The notes: generated from the sequence alone by a model not told the origin. 64,000 bases of DNA from Terriglobales bacterium (GCA_035632335.1 DASQHA010000244.1:16335-80334), one strand, 5' to 3'; positions 54,878 through 63,576 are shown, counted from the stretch's first letter. Numbers and translations are program-made.

Positions 54878-55894
54878 TCACTCCCGGTCCAGAAACACCG
54901 CGGCGCTGTGGGTCCGCGGCTGGAAAGCATAGATCTTGTTTCGCGCGGCGTCGAACGCAATCGTGTTCGCGCCTTTCTCGGTCGGCACGGTCTGAATAAG
55001 TTCTAACGCGTCAACTTCGAAGACGTCGATGACGCCTGGATCGCCGACGGCGGCGTAGAGATGACGGCGGGCGGCGTTGAGGAAAAGCACGTCCGGCCCG
55101 CCGCTCAATTCCAGCGTGCGCTGCACTTCACCGGTGTCCGCCGAGAGCACGATAAGTTTCTTCGCATCGCAAGCGCAGAACAGCCGCCGTGTCTTCGAAT
55201 CGAGCGCAAGCCCGTGAGGTCCCGCCGCTGGGACTTTGTAAGTGCGTGCGATTTCACCCGGCTGGTTTGACTTGATGCCTACAATGACGGGCGGGTCGGA
55301 TATATTCACGAAGAACATTTCCTGTTGCGGGTCGAAAACGGCCCAGCGCGTCCGGCCCGGCACTGTGATGGTGCTCAGCGCCGTTCGCTTCGCCGCGTCG
55401 ACGATGATCACGGTCGCAGGGTTACCGCCGTGTGCAACCAGCAGCAGATTGCGTTTGGGGTCATGGGCCAGTCCGTTGGGGCTCGCGCCAACCGGGACTT
55501 TCACGAGCGCGCCCTCATCGTTGAACGGGAAGATCCCGACCGTGTTTTCTCCCCGATTGGAGGTGAACACCAAGTTCGCTTCGGGAGTCACCAGCGCGCC
55601 GGCGACGCCCTTGAGGTTCGGAATCGAATGAAGAAAACGATCGTTTGCGCCATCAATGACGTCCAAGGAATCGTTCGCAGTGTGGGCAACGAAAATTCGG
55701 CCCGTGGCCGGATGTATGTCCGCGTGATCGAATCCGCCGGGGCCTATGTGCGCAGGCAACTCGATCTGGCCGTGCAGCTGTAGAGGCCCTTTCGGCTGGC
55801 TGAGCGCCGGCACGCCTAGGAAACTCATCATCACCATCACGACGGCAAGCGCCTCCACTATTCTGCGTTTCCTGCTGCTGAGTTCTGTGTTCAT
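54878..55894 (-). CDS. secreted YVTN-like beta-propeller protein
   Basis: Signal or anchor segment. Blades such as RIFVAHTANDSLDVIDGA, LVFTSNRGENTVGIF, LLLVAHGGNPATVIIVD, MFFVNISDPPVIVGI, RLFCACDAKKLIVLS, HLYAAVGDPGVIDVFEV, KIYAFQP. The ATG overlaps the kinase stop (ATGA). Confidence 0.8.
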   Translation of the reverse strand: MNTELSSRKRRIVEALAVVMVMMSFLGVPALSQPKGPLQLHGQIELPAHIGPGGFDHADIHPATGRIFVAHTANDSLDVIDGANDRFLHSIPNLKGVAGALVTPEANLVFTSNRGENTVGIFPFNDEGALVKVPVGASPNGLAHDPKRNLLLVAHGGNPATVIIVDAAKRTALSTITVPGRTRWAVFDPQQEMFFVNISDPPVIVGIKSNQPGEIARTYKVPAAGPHGLALDSKTRRLFCACDAKKLIVLSADTGEVQRTLELSGGPDVLFLNAARRHLYAAVGDPGVIDVFEVDALELIQTVPTEKGANTIAFDAARNKIYAFQPRTHSAAVFLDRE

Positions 55895-57321
55895 GTCGGC
55901 ACACTTGTCCTAATCGAATTCAATGGAATGCTCACTCGAAATACAGATCCTTGTCCAGGTGCGCTCTCCACCTGGATGTTAGCGCCGTGGGCCTCGGCGA
56001 TCCATTGCGCGATGGAGAGCCCTAACCCAACGCCGCCCATGTCCCGCGAACGCACCTTATCGGCACGATAGAAGCGCTCGAAGATGTTCGGCAGATCCTC
56101 GGCTGCGATGCCGATACCAGTGTCTCTGACTTCGACGATGCCGAATCCATCTACTTGGTGCATCCCGACCGACACGCGGCCGCCCGAAGGCGTGTACTTG
56201 AGAGCATTGTCGATCAGAATCAGAAACAACTGGCGAAGTGCATTCGGGTCTCCCTTGATGTTCATCGGCTGTTCCGGGACCTGCCAGTCGAATGCAACGT
56301 TTCGAGGCCCGGCCAGTGTCGAACCTTGGGAGCAGGATTCCTTGACCGCCGTGCCGAGATCCATGTCCGAAACTTGTAGCGTCGCAGCCCCTGAATCCGC
56401 GCGAGCGAGCGTCATCAGATCGTCGAGCAACACGCTGGTGCGCTCAGATTCGGCGAGGACTCCGCGCAGGACCTCTTCATACTCGGGAGCCGTGCGGCTC
56501 TTTTGCAGTGCTACTTCCGTGGTCGTCCGGACGAGCGCCACAGGCGTTCGCAACTCGTGCGATGCGTCGGCAGTGAACCGGACGATTTTCTTATAGGCGG
56601 CGTCCAACCGCTTAAACGCGGTATCGAGCCGCGCCATCATGTCGTTCAAAGTTTCGGAGAGCCTCTGCAACTCATCGCCTGTCTCCGGAACCGCCAACCG
56701 CTGTGATAGATTGTGCCCGCTGATCGAGCGCGCGGTATTTGTAATCTGGTCAACAGGGGCGAGCGCGCGCCGACTCATCCAGTAACCGCTCACCGTAGCG
56801 ACGATCAGCACCGCAGGCACGGACCATAGGATCAGCCACCCGAAGCGATGCAGCACGCCGTAAAATCCGCCCAGCGGAGTGGCCAACTGCACTATGTATT
56901 GTTGACCATCGGCTTGAACCCTCGCCGTGAGGATTCGTAGCGGACTACTGGCAACATCGATCGTCTTGAGCTCCGCGCGGTTCGTTTGCGGGCTGCCTAC
57001 CGGTATGTTGTACGGACGAATCGAACCCGACTGAAAGATCCAGTTTCCACGCGCATCGCTGATCTGCAGGAGATCGCCTCCAGGCTTCATCCCTGAGTGT
57101 TCGCGAAACTCATACCGAACGTCCTCCACCGTACTTCCGGGGAACACTCGCTGGACAAATCGTTGGACGCCGTTGAAACGAACCGCGAGCTCATCATCCA
57201 CCGCAGTGTGAACACTTTGCCGCATGACCAGAAACATCCCCGCGCCGAACGATGAAAGCGCTATGGTGAGGATCATGAAATACCAGGCTGTGAGCCGGAC
57301 GCGAATGGACGCGATCTTCAT
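55891..57321 (-). CDS. sensor histidine kinase, heavy-metal-sensor-like architecture
   Basis: SIRVRLTAWYF N-terminus, two TM segments flanking an about 130-aa periplasmic loop, HAMP, H-box ADASHELRTPVALV, DTGIGIAAEDLPNIFERFYRAD, GGVGLGLSIA. Confidence 0.9.
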   Translation of the reverse strand: MKIASIRVRLTAWYFMILTIALSSFGAGMFLVMRQSVHTAVDDELAVRFNGVQRFVQRVFPGSTVEDVRYEFREHSGMKPGGDLLQISDARGNWIFQSGSIRPYNIPVGSPQTNRAELKTIDVASSPLRILTARVQADGQQYIVQLATPLGGFYGVLHRFGWLILWSVPAVLIVATVSGYWMSRRALAPVDQITNTARSISGHNLSQRLAVPETGDELQRLSETLNDMMARLDTAFKRLDAAYKKIVRFTADASHELRTPVALVRTTTEVALQKSRTAPEYEEVLRGVLAESERTSVLLDDLMTLARADSGAATLQVSDMDLGTAVKESCSQGSTLAGPRNVAFDWQVPEQPMNIKGDPNALRQLFLILIDNALKYTPSGGRVSVGMHQVDGFGIVEVRDTGIGIAAEDLPNIFERFYRADKVRSRDMGGVGLGLSIAQWIAEAHGANIQVESAPGQGSVFRVSIPLNSIRTSVPT

Positions 57322-57995
57322 GCCTCGCCCTCATGCAAGCGGTACCCGAAGCCGCGCACAGTGTGAATCAGCTTGACGTTGTAGCCGTCGTCCACCTTGT
57401 TCCGCAAATGCTTGATGAAGACGTCCAGCGTATTGTTTTCGACCTCTTCATGGGTGCCCCAGACAGTGTTGATGATGGTTTCACGTCGCAGGACGCGTCC
57501 CGCGTTGCGCAACAGTAACTCAAGGAGTAGGTACTCTTTTCTGGTAAGGGAAATTCGCTCGTCCCCACGGTAGACCTCGTGTGTGGATGGGTCGAGCACC
57601 AGATCGGCCGTCTTCAGCTTAGATGATCGCAAAGCAGACGCTCGGCGGGAAATGGCGTGTAATCGGGCCACGAACTCGACAAAGGAGAATGGCTTGGTCA
57701 GGTAATCGTCGGCACCGAGATTCAATGCCTTAACAAGGTCCGCCTCCCCGTCGCGAGCGGTCAGGATCAGGATGGGTATACCGTCGTCAGCCTTTCGGAG
57801 CCGCCGCGCGACCTCGAAGCCATCAAGACCGGGCAGCATGATGTCCAGCACCATCGCCTCGAAGCTGAGTGTCTCCGCCAGTGCGAGACCTTCTGTGCCC
57901 GTGTGGGCGAGAGTCACCGAATGACCCTGCTCCTCCAGACCTTTCTTGAGGACGTCGGCCATCTTCCTTTCGTCTTCGACGATCAGCACGCGCAC
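57318..57995 (-). CDS. OmpR-family response regulator
   Basis: Receiver plus winged-helix domain (LTRKEYLLLELLLRN...TVRGFGYRL). GTG start 57995. ATGA overlap with the kinase gene. Confidence 0.95.
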   Translation of the reverse strand: MRVLIVEDERKMADVLKKGLEEQGHSVTLAHTGTEGLALAETLSFEAMVLDIMLPGLDGFEVARRLRKADDGIPILILTARDGEADLVKALNLGADDYLTKPFSFVEFVARLHAISRRASALRSSKLKTADLVLDPSTHEVYRGDERISLTRKEYLLLELLLRNAGRVLRRETIINTVWGTHEEVENNTLDVFIKHLRNKVDDGYNVKLIHTVRGFGYRLHEGEA

Positions 57996-58021
57996 TGTGA
58001 AACCCCAGGGCTCCTGGCAAG

Positions 58022-58054
58022 ATCATAGCGTGCGGAACCTTAAGATCAACTGAA
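58022..58054 (-). promoter_or_regulatory. shared box plus -10 hexamer upstream of the response-regulator gene (candidate autoregulation site)
   Basis: Minus strand reads TTCAGTTGATC TTAAGGTTCCG CACGC TATGAT. The hexamer ends 26 nt before GTG 57995. Confidence 0.6.
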
Positions 58055-58120
58055 TGATCGCAGCGCGGGCCGGGGTTTCGGTGCGACCAGCTTCCTGAAG
58101 CGATAGCGCAACGCCCGGGT

Positions 58121-58177
58121 TTCTGACAACAGCGTCAGGGAAACGTCAGAGAATCTTAAGGGAAAGCACACTACTCT
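58121..58177 (+). promoter_or_regulatory. four phased GTCAG/TTAAG repeats plus -10-like hexamer, oriented away from the regulator gene
   Basis: Plus strand reads CTGACAACAGC GTCAGGGAAAC GTCAGAGAATC TTAAGGGAAAG CACAC TACTCT. The last two repeats plus the hexamer fit the shared-box geometry. Confidence 0.5.
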
Positions 58178-58471
58178 AAGAGACTCTAATCAGCGCAGGA
58201 GATAGGCATTTCCGAGACCAAGTATGAAGCTAGACAATGTAGCGGAAGGTAATCAGGCGTTCCTGTTTATGGAGAGATATGTCGATGAAGGGGCGAAAAC
58301 CTACAGCCCTTTTGCTGCGAGGTCGGAGGTTGCGCCCAAATACCAGCGGATTCAAGTGGAACACAAATTGCTGAATTTTCTGTGGAGGCAGCAAATGAGG
58401 CTCTCGAAATGGTCGTATCTGAGGTGGTTTATCGCCGCACTTGCTGCGACGGCGGATGCGACACGCCACAC

Positions 58472-58654
58472 CTATCGCCTCTCAAGGGGCAATTGAGCAA
58501 TCCCTTCGACAATAGGCGTGGTGTCGTTGTCTTGCAGTCCCGCCTTCATCAGCCGCAGGTACGGCTGCATATCCGGAGAAGTTGCCAGTTCATGCGCTCC
58601 ATCCTCGCTGACCAGATCTTTGATCGGGATTGATTTGGGCTTCTTGTCGCTCAT
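58472..58654 (-). CDS. candidate small acidic protein (60 aa)
   Basis: ATG preceded by GGGAGG at 9-nt spacing. Protein-like composition. No family recognised. Lies in a lower-GC stretch. Confidence 0.35.
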   Translation of the reverse strand: MSDKKPKSIPIKDLVSEDGAHELATSPDMQPYLRLMKAGLQDNDTTPIVEGIAQLPLERR

Positions 58655-58918
58655 GATGCTAAGCCTCCCATTCGCTTCAGTATACGGTTCGACGAAATAG
58701 CGAATCGAGCTTCATCGCGCGCCGTGCGGGAACATAGCTTGCAAAGAGCGCGACAACGGTGAGTAGGATTGTACGCTAGAAATGGCTTCGGGTCGAACGT
58801 CTTTTAGCGACAGATGCGTTGACGCTCGACCGGCCTATTATCCATGAGCTGGCGTTCTCGATTGTCGACAGCCGCGGAAGTCCAACCTCCACTCGCACGG
58901 TGGTTATCGGCGGGCTAT

Positions 58919-60205
58919 TCACTGAGCGAATGCGTCGCCGCGCATGCCCTCCGATTCCTTCGGCATGGGACGAAACGGCAAGCATCCTTGCTGGTCATCC
59001 GTGCAGAACGGGGGCAGCGTGTTCACGTCGAGCAGCGCGCCAAGATATACATGCTGTACGACTGCCGCATCGTAACGCTGCGCCGGCGCGCCAGTTCGAA
59101 TCTGCCGGCCGATCTGCAGAATCCGCGGCAGCTTGAAATAGCCCATGACGGTCATCGCGTCGCCCGGTGCGAAATTGTGCCGCAGGCCGAGCGCATGACC
59201 GACTTCGTGCGCCACGATGTACCTCAGGTGATCGTTCTGCTGTTCGAGCTCTCCATCCATCATGGTCTCGGGCAAGACGAAGACGTCCGCGTGGAGGATC
59301 TGTCCCGTCAATGGGTCGCTCTGGATATATGACGTGGACGCAAAGTCACCAGAAGTCACCCACTGAATGACGTTGTAGTCCGGACTCGGCGCCCGGACCG
59401 AGGGAGGCGCATCGATCACCCGAATCAGGGATTTACCAAACGCGCGGTTCCAATACAACACGCCGTCGCGTACGGCCGCTCGATGACGCTTGGGAATGGC
59501 AGACGACAGTGCGAACACGATCGGCTCGTGAAGGTCGAACTTCATGGCATACAGAACCCAATGGCCCGAACGCCACTGCGGGTAGGTCTCGTAGAACCCG
59601 AACCGTCGTAAGTTCTTCATCTCGAACGGGCGGAAATCGGGAGACGGATTGTACAGACTTAGATAGTAGTGAACGACGATGCGCTGGCCGTCGTCGGTAT
59701 GGGCGTCCTGGTCGAAGACGAGCATTGCATCGTGGTACGACACGGATACGACCTTCCGGTCGAAGAGCCTGAATGTTGTCTGATCATGCCGATCGATCCG
59801 TCCGTAATAGTCTTCCCCCGTGCGGTCTTCCTCGGAATGAACCATATCGAACCCTTCATTCAGATCGACTTCGACTGTGGTCCCAGTCTCGTGACGGATG
59901 GGAATAGTCGCCAGGACGTGCGCGGGAGAGACGTCTCGCGGATCGGACACATCGAGCATGTGCAGGACCGCGCCAGCTCGCTCGAAGACAACAATCCGAC
60001 TGCGGCTCGTTCGGAAATCCTGACGCCCACTCTGCTGTTCGTAATTAACCTGCAGAAGAAATCGATGCTCCAACTCAGCTTTTTTTAACGTGGCCGGCTG
60101 CGGTGGCACAGCTTGCACGTCTGGCAAACCAATCGCGACCAGGAGTCCGGCCGCAAGTAGGTTCAGCAATCGCATCGCCGAGTGTTGTCGTCCTCCCAAA
60201 GCCAT
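58919..60205 (-). CDS. secreted zinc metalloprotease (zincin, HExxHxxGxxH)
   Basis: IVAHEVGHALGLRHNF motif. Signal-like MRLLNLLAAGLLVAIGLP (alternative start ATG 60175). Confidence 0.85.
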   Translation of the reverse strand: MALGGRQHSAMRLLNLLAAGLLVAIGLPDVQAVPPQPATLKKAELEHRFLLQVNYEQQSGRQDFRTSRSRIVVFERAGAVLHMLDVSDPRDVSPAHVLATIPIRHETGTTVEVDLNEGFDMVHSEEDRTGEDYYGRIDRHDQTTFRLFDRKVVSVSYHDAMLVFDQDAHTDDGQRIVVHYYLSLYNPSPDFRPFEMKNLRRFGFYETYPQWRSGHWVLYAMKFDLHEPIVFALSSAIPKRHRAAVRDGVLYWNRAFGKSLIRVIDAPPSVRAPSPDYNVIQWVTSGDFASTSYIQSDPLTGQILHADVFVLPETMMDGELEQQNDHLRYIVAHEVGHALGLRHNFAPGDAMTVMGYFKLPRILQIGRQIRTGAPAQRYDAAVVQHVYLGALLDVNTLPPFCTDDQQGCLPFRPMPKESEGMRGDAFAQ

Positions 60206-60684
60206 TCTATCGCCGCTGACATTACGGTCGTCGTTTCCCTCCAGAAATCATCAGCTATTTACCATCGTTTCTGCCTGAACTTCCGGGATGTCGAGGATCT
60301 TCCCCATTCGAATCTGGTGTCAGAAGTTATGCGCGGATCGCCCAGCCGGCTGTGGCGCCGTATGGCCAAGCCACCGTTGAGGCACTGAAGTCCTCCGGCT
60401 TATGGAACAGAGTGCAGACGAAAGGCGTGTATCCCGACAACATCAGCCAAGCGAAACAGTTCGGCGCGTGGGGCAATGCCGACGCCGTCTTCACCGCCTA
60501 CTCGCTGGTACTTCGGGAATCGGGCACGGTCATTAAAGTAGACCCGAAACTCTGTCGACCCATTGACCAGGCCCTTGGGGCGATCGCAGCTTCGGGCAGG
60601 CTTGCCGAGGCGAAGCAATTCGCACTTTTTGTCTTAGGCCCTGAAGGAAGATCAATCCTTAGCCAGAACGGGTACGAGCTACCG
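60200..60684 (+). pseudogene. modA: molybdate-binding protein ModA remnant (N-terminal third missing, at least one frameshift near 60325)
   Basis: ARIAQPAVAPYGQATVEALKSSGLWNRVQTKGVYPDNISQAKQFGAWGNADAVFTAYSLV...FALFVLGPEGRSILSQNGYE aligns with the C-terminal half of E. coli ModA as I remember it. An upstream piece (ITVVVSLQKSS...FRDVEDLPHSNLV) is in another frame. There is no signal peptide or N-terminal lobe. Confidence 0.65.
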
Positions 60685-60763
60685 TCAACTGGACTCTCAG
60701 CGCTGCCGTCGATGCCCCCACGATTCGCGAGTTGTACGTTGAATGGCGGGTACACTCCCCTTG

Positions 60764-62781
60764 CTATGGGAGCCTATAAGCCATCAACTGCGCTGGGAAT
60801 CCCTGCCCCCCAATCGCGACGACGATGTATTGTTTGCCATTGACCATGTACGTCATGGGGGTTCCCGTCTGTCCATTCGGCATCGCGACCGCGGCCAATT
60901 CTCTGCCGGTGGCCTTGTCGTAAGCGCGAAGCATAGCCGACTTCTGCCCGTCGGGCCGCGTCGTCAACTGCTTGTCGGCCGCGATCACCAGCGTCTTTGT
61001 CACCAAAACGCCGAAGATACCCGGCTGGCCGGTGCGCGGAATATTCAGACCGCGCAGCGCTGGATTGTCGCGGATGTTATCCGGAGTCTCGCCATGAGCG
61101 ATCCGCCAGAGAATGTCGCCCTTGTTCAGATCAATCGCTGTGATGCTTCCGTAGGGAGGTTTCATCAACGCGAGTCCTTGAACGCTCAGACCGCCTCCGG
61201 AATTCGCGACCGGAGCAGCGCCAGATTCCGCGCCCGCCCCGCCGGTCGTGCGAGGGCCCTCCGTGGCCGTCCCCTGAATATAGTTCATGTCCGACATTCC
61301 CGGCCCCGGTGGAACCAATCCCAGCGTGGCGAGCGATCGCTGCGAAGGCAAATAAGCGATGTGCGTCTCCGGGTCATACGATCCGCCCTGCCAAACCGTT
61401 CCTCCACTCGACGCACCCAGCGCCAACGTCGCCAAAGGGGTTTCCGACTTGCTTGCCGACGGCGGCGTGAAAATCGGACCTAATTTATAGCGCGACGCCA
61501 CCCGGATGCCCTCTGCGCGCAGCTCCGGCGTGAAATCGATGATGTCCTCCGTCTGGAATCCCGCGAGATCGTAGGCCGGAGGCTTGGTCGGATACGGCTG
61601 CGTCGGCGAATACCACTCGCCCGACACATTCCCCTTTTCCACCGGCTTCTCCGGAATCGGCCAGATGGGTTGCCCGGTAACCCGGTCGAATACATAAAGA
61701 ATTGCTTGCTTGGTAGGCTGCGCAACTGCCTTCACTGCGCGCCCGTTGACCATCGCGTCCACCAGAATCGGCGCGCACGGGATGTCCATGTCCCAGATGC
61801 CGTGATGCACCAGTTGAAAGTGCCATTTGCGAGCGCCCGTCTTGAGATCCACGGCCACGATCGATTCTCCAAAGAGTCCGTTGCCGGGACGATGTCCGCC
61901 ATAGTAGTCGCCGGTGGGCAGTTCGACCGGCAGACACACCATGCCGATTGTTCGTCCACCGTAATCTGCCCCCATACGCCCGCATTGCCCGTGTAGTCAG
62001 CCGAATCTTTTTCCCACGAATCGTAGCCGAACTCGCCCGGCTTGGGAATCGTATGGAAGATCCACAAACGGCGCCCCGTGCGGACGTCAAAGCCGCGTAC
62101 GTACCCCTTTACGTTAGCTTTGCTCTTGGGAACGCCGCCGGATTTGTGAGCCGCGCCGACAATCACCGTATCGCCTGCGACCACTGGCGTTGCGTGCAAG
62201 CCGATGTCGGGGCTAAGTGGATCGATTGCCTGGTCGTCGTTCTCTTTCAGATCCACGGCGCCGTTGCGGCCGAAGCCCGCGACGGGATTCCCGGTCTTCG
62301 CGTCCAGCGCGATTAACCGGTACCCGGGAGTGACGTAGAGAATCCGTTCTTCGCGTCCATCGGTCCAATAGCCGAGTCCTCGTCCAGAAAGCTGCCGCGG
62401 CGCCGCCGTTCCGCGCGCACCCTCGCGCTCGCCATGGACCCACAGCAGTTCGCCTGTAACGGCGTCCAGCGCGACCACCGACCGGCGCGTCCCCGCTGTC
62501 GAATAGACCACGCCGTTGGCCATCAACGGAGTGCCTTCCATGTTGTACTCAGGCCGCGGACCCAAGTTCTCCGTATGAAATCGCCACGCTAGTTCGAGCT
62601 TGCCGAAGTTCGTAGCGTCAATCTGATCGGCGGGCGAGTAGTGTGTGTTCCCGAGGTCCGACCCATAGTAGCGCCACTCGATATTCTTACCTGACGATTG
62701 CCCGGTAGCAGGCAGCGTCGCCAACACCAGCAACCCGGCCAAAGCCGCGCATCCAGCCAACAAAGAAATATCCCGCTTCAT
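60764..62781 (-). pseudogene. PQQ-dependent dehydrogenase (no cytochrome domain) interrupted by a 1-nt frameshift near 61947-61953
   Basis: The N-terminal ORF (MKRDISLL...GVWGQITVDE) and the C-terminal ORF (..IGMVCLPVELPTGDYYGGHRPG...) are consecutive parts of one propeller. They join as ITVDE-x-IGMV if one base is added in GACGAACAATCGGC (minus strand). ATG 62781 is preceded by GAAGGAGG. Confidence 0.75.
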
Positions 62782-62904
62782 CGCGTCCTCCTTCATGGGA
62801 GCTCTGTCTCTAACTGACGTGCGGCAGGATGTCATGTTGCGCGACGGCCGCCGACCGCCGTTGCCACCATATTCCGCAAGTCACACTAGAACGCTGTCTC
62901 TGTC

Positions 62905-63010
62905 AATGTACCTCGATAAAGCGTCGCGAGTCCGGGAACGTATTCCAGACCTGTAATTCCCGGCACGCCGGGAATCGCCTTGACGAGTGCGGCCCTTCTG
63001 GCGTTGTCGA
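62905..63010 (-). pseudogene. about 35-codon relic of the 39642..40667 beta-propeller family
   Basis: The minus strand encodes FDNARRAALVKAIPGVPGITGLEYVPGL. The VKAIPGVPGITGLEYVPGL part is identical at protein level to the intact copy, and the DNA is clearly alignable with 40370-40460. No start and no continuation. Confidence 0.7.
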
Positions 63011-63090
63011 ACCTGCTCGGTAGCGATTCGTTAATCCCAGGCATAACGGGGCTCTCGCGACATCGCCCAGCTAACTTGTGTAAACTTACG

Positions 63091-63489
63091 ATGATGCGTT
63101 GTTTCGCGGCCCTACAGACCTGTCTGGCACTTCTGCTGGCCTTCTTTGTGGCGCCGTTTCAGCATGTCCACACCGGACCGGACTCGGATCACGGTCATGC
63201 TGGCCTCATCCATGCGCATTTCTATAACGTACATTCCAATAGCGTTAGTGGTTTCGTCGAGGAACACCAAGGACGCCAACTTGTAGACTCAGACGACCAC
63301 GCGACAGCCCGCGCACTAGATACATTCACGTTGGTCCTGACTACGGGGCTATCACCCTTCATTCCATCGCTTGGTGGAGTCTTCCCCTTCGTTCTCTCCG
63401 ACACTTTTCAGCCGGTCGAAGTGGTTGAAGAGCGAGGACATGATCCTCCCTGCCTGGACCGTTCGATTCCCAGAGCCCCTCCCGCCTAG
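63091..63489 (+). CDS. small His-rich membrane-anchored protein, unknown function
   Basis: MMRCFAALQTCLALLLAFFVAPF, then HVHTGPDSDHGHAGLIHAHFYNVH. Sits immediately upstream of an efflux outer-membrane factor gene. Confidence 0.5.
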   Translation: MMRCFAALQTCLALLLAFFVAPFQHVHTGPDSDHGHAGLIHAHFYNVHSNSVSGFVEEHQGRQLVDSDDHATARALDTFTLVLTTGLSPFIPSLGGVFPFVLSDTFQPVEVVEERGHDPPCLDRSIPRAPPA

Positions 63490-63576
63490 CCTTCCCAAGA
63501 CAAATCCGTATACGTGTGTCCTGACTTGGCGTGTCGCCGCGCCCGAGATCTGTCATCGAGCGTGGGAAGGAGTTCC

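Noticed and set aside
58224-58496. 90-codon plus-strand ORF downstream of the plus-facing box
   Set aside because: It is not reported as a CDS. The only SD-like sequence is about 20 nt from the ATG, the composition is ambiguous, and its 3' end overlaps the better-supported minus-strand small ORF. It is kept as a possibility in the findings.
60743-61483. 246-codon plus-strand ORF
   Set aside because: It is antisense to the C-terminal part of the PQQ dehydrogenase, and its translation is Arg-rich and shadow-like.
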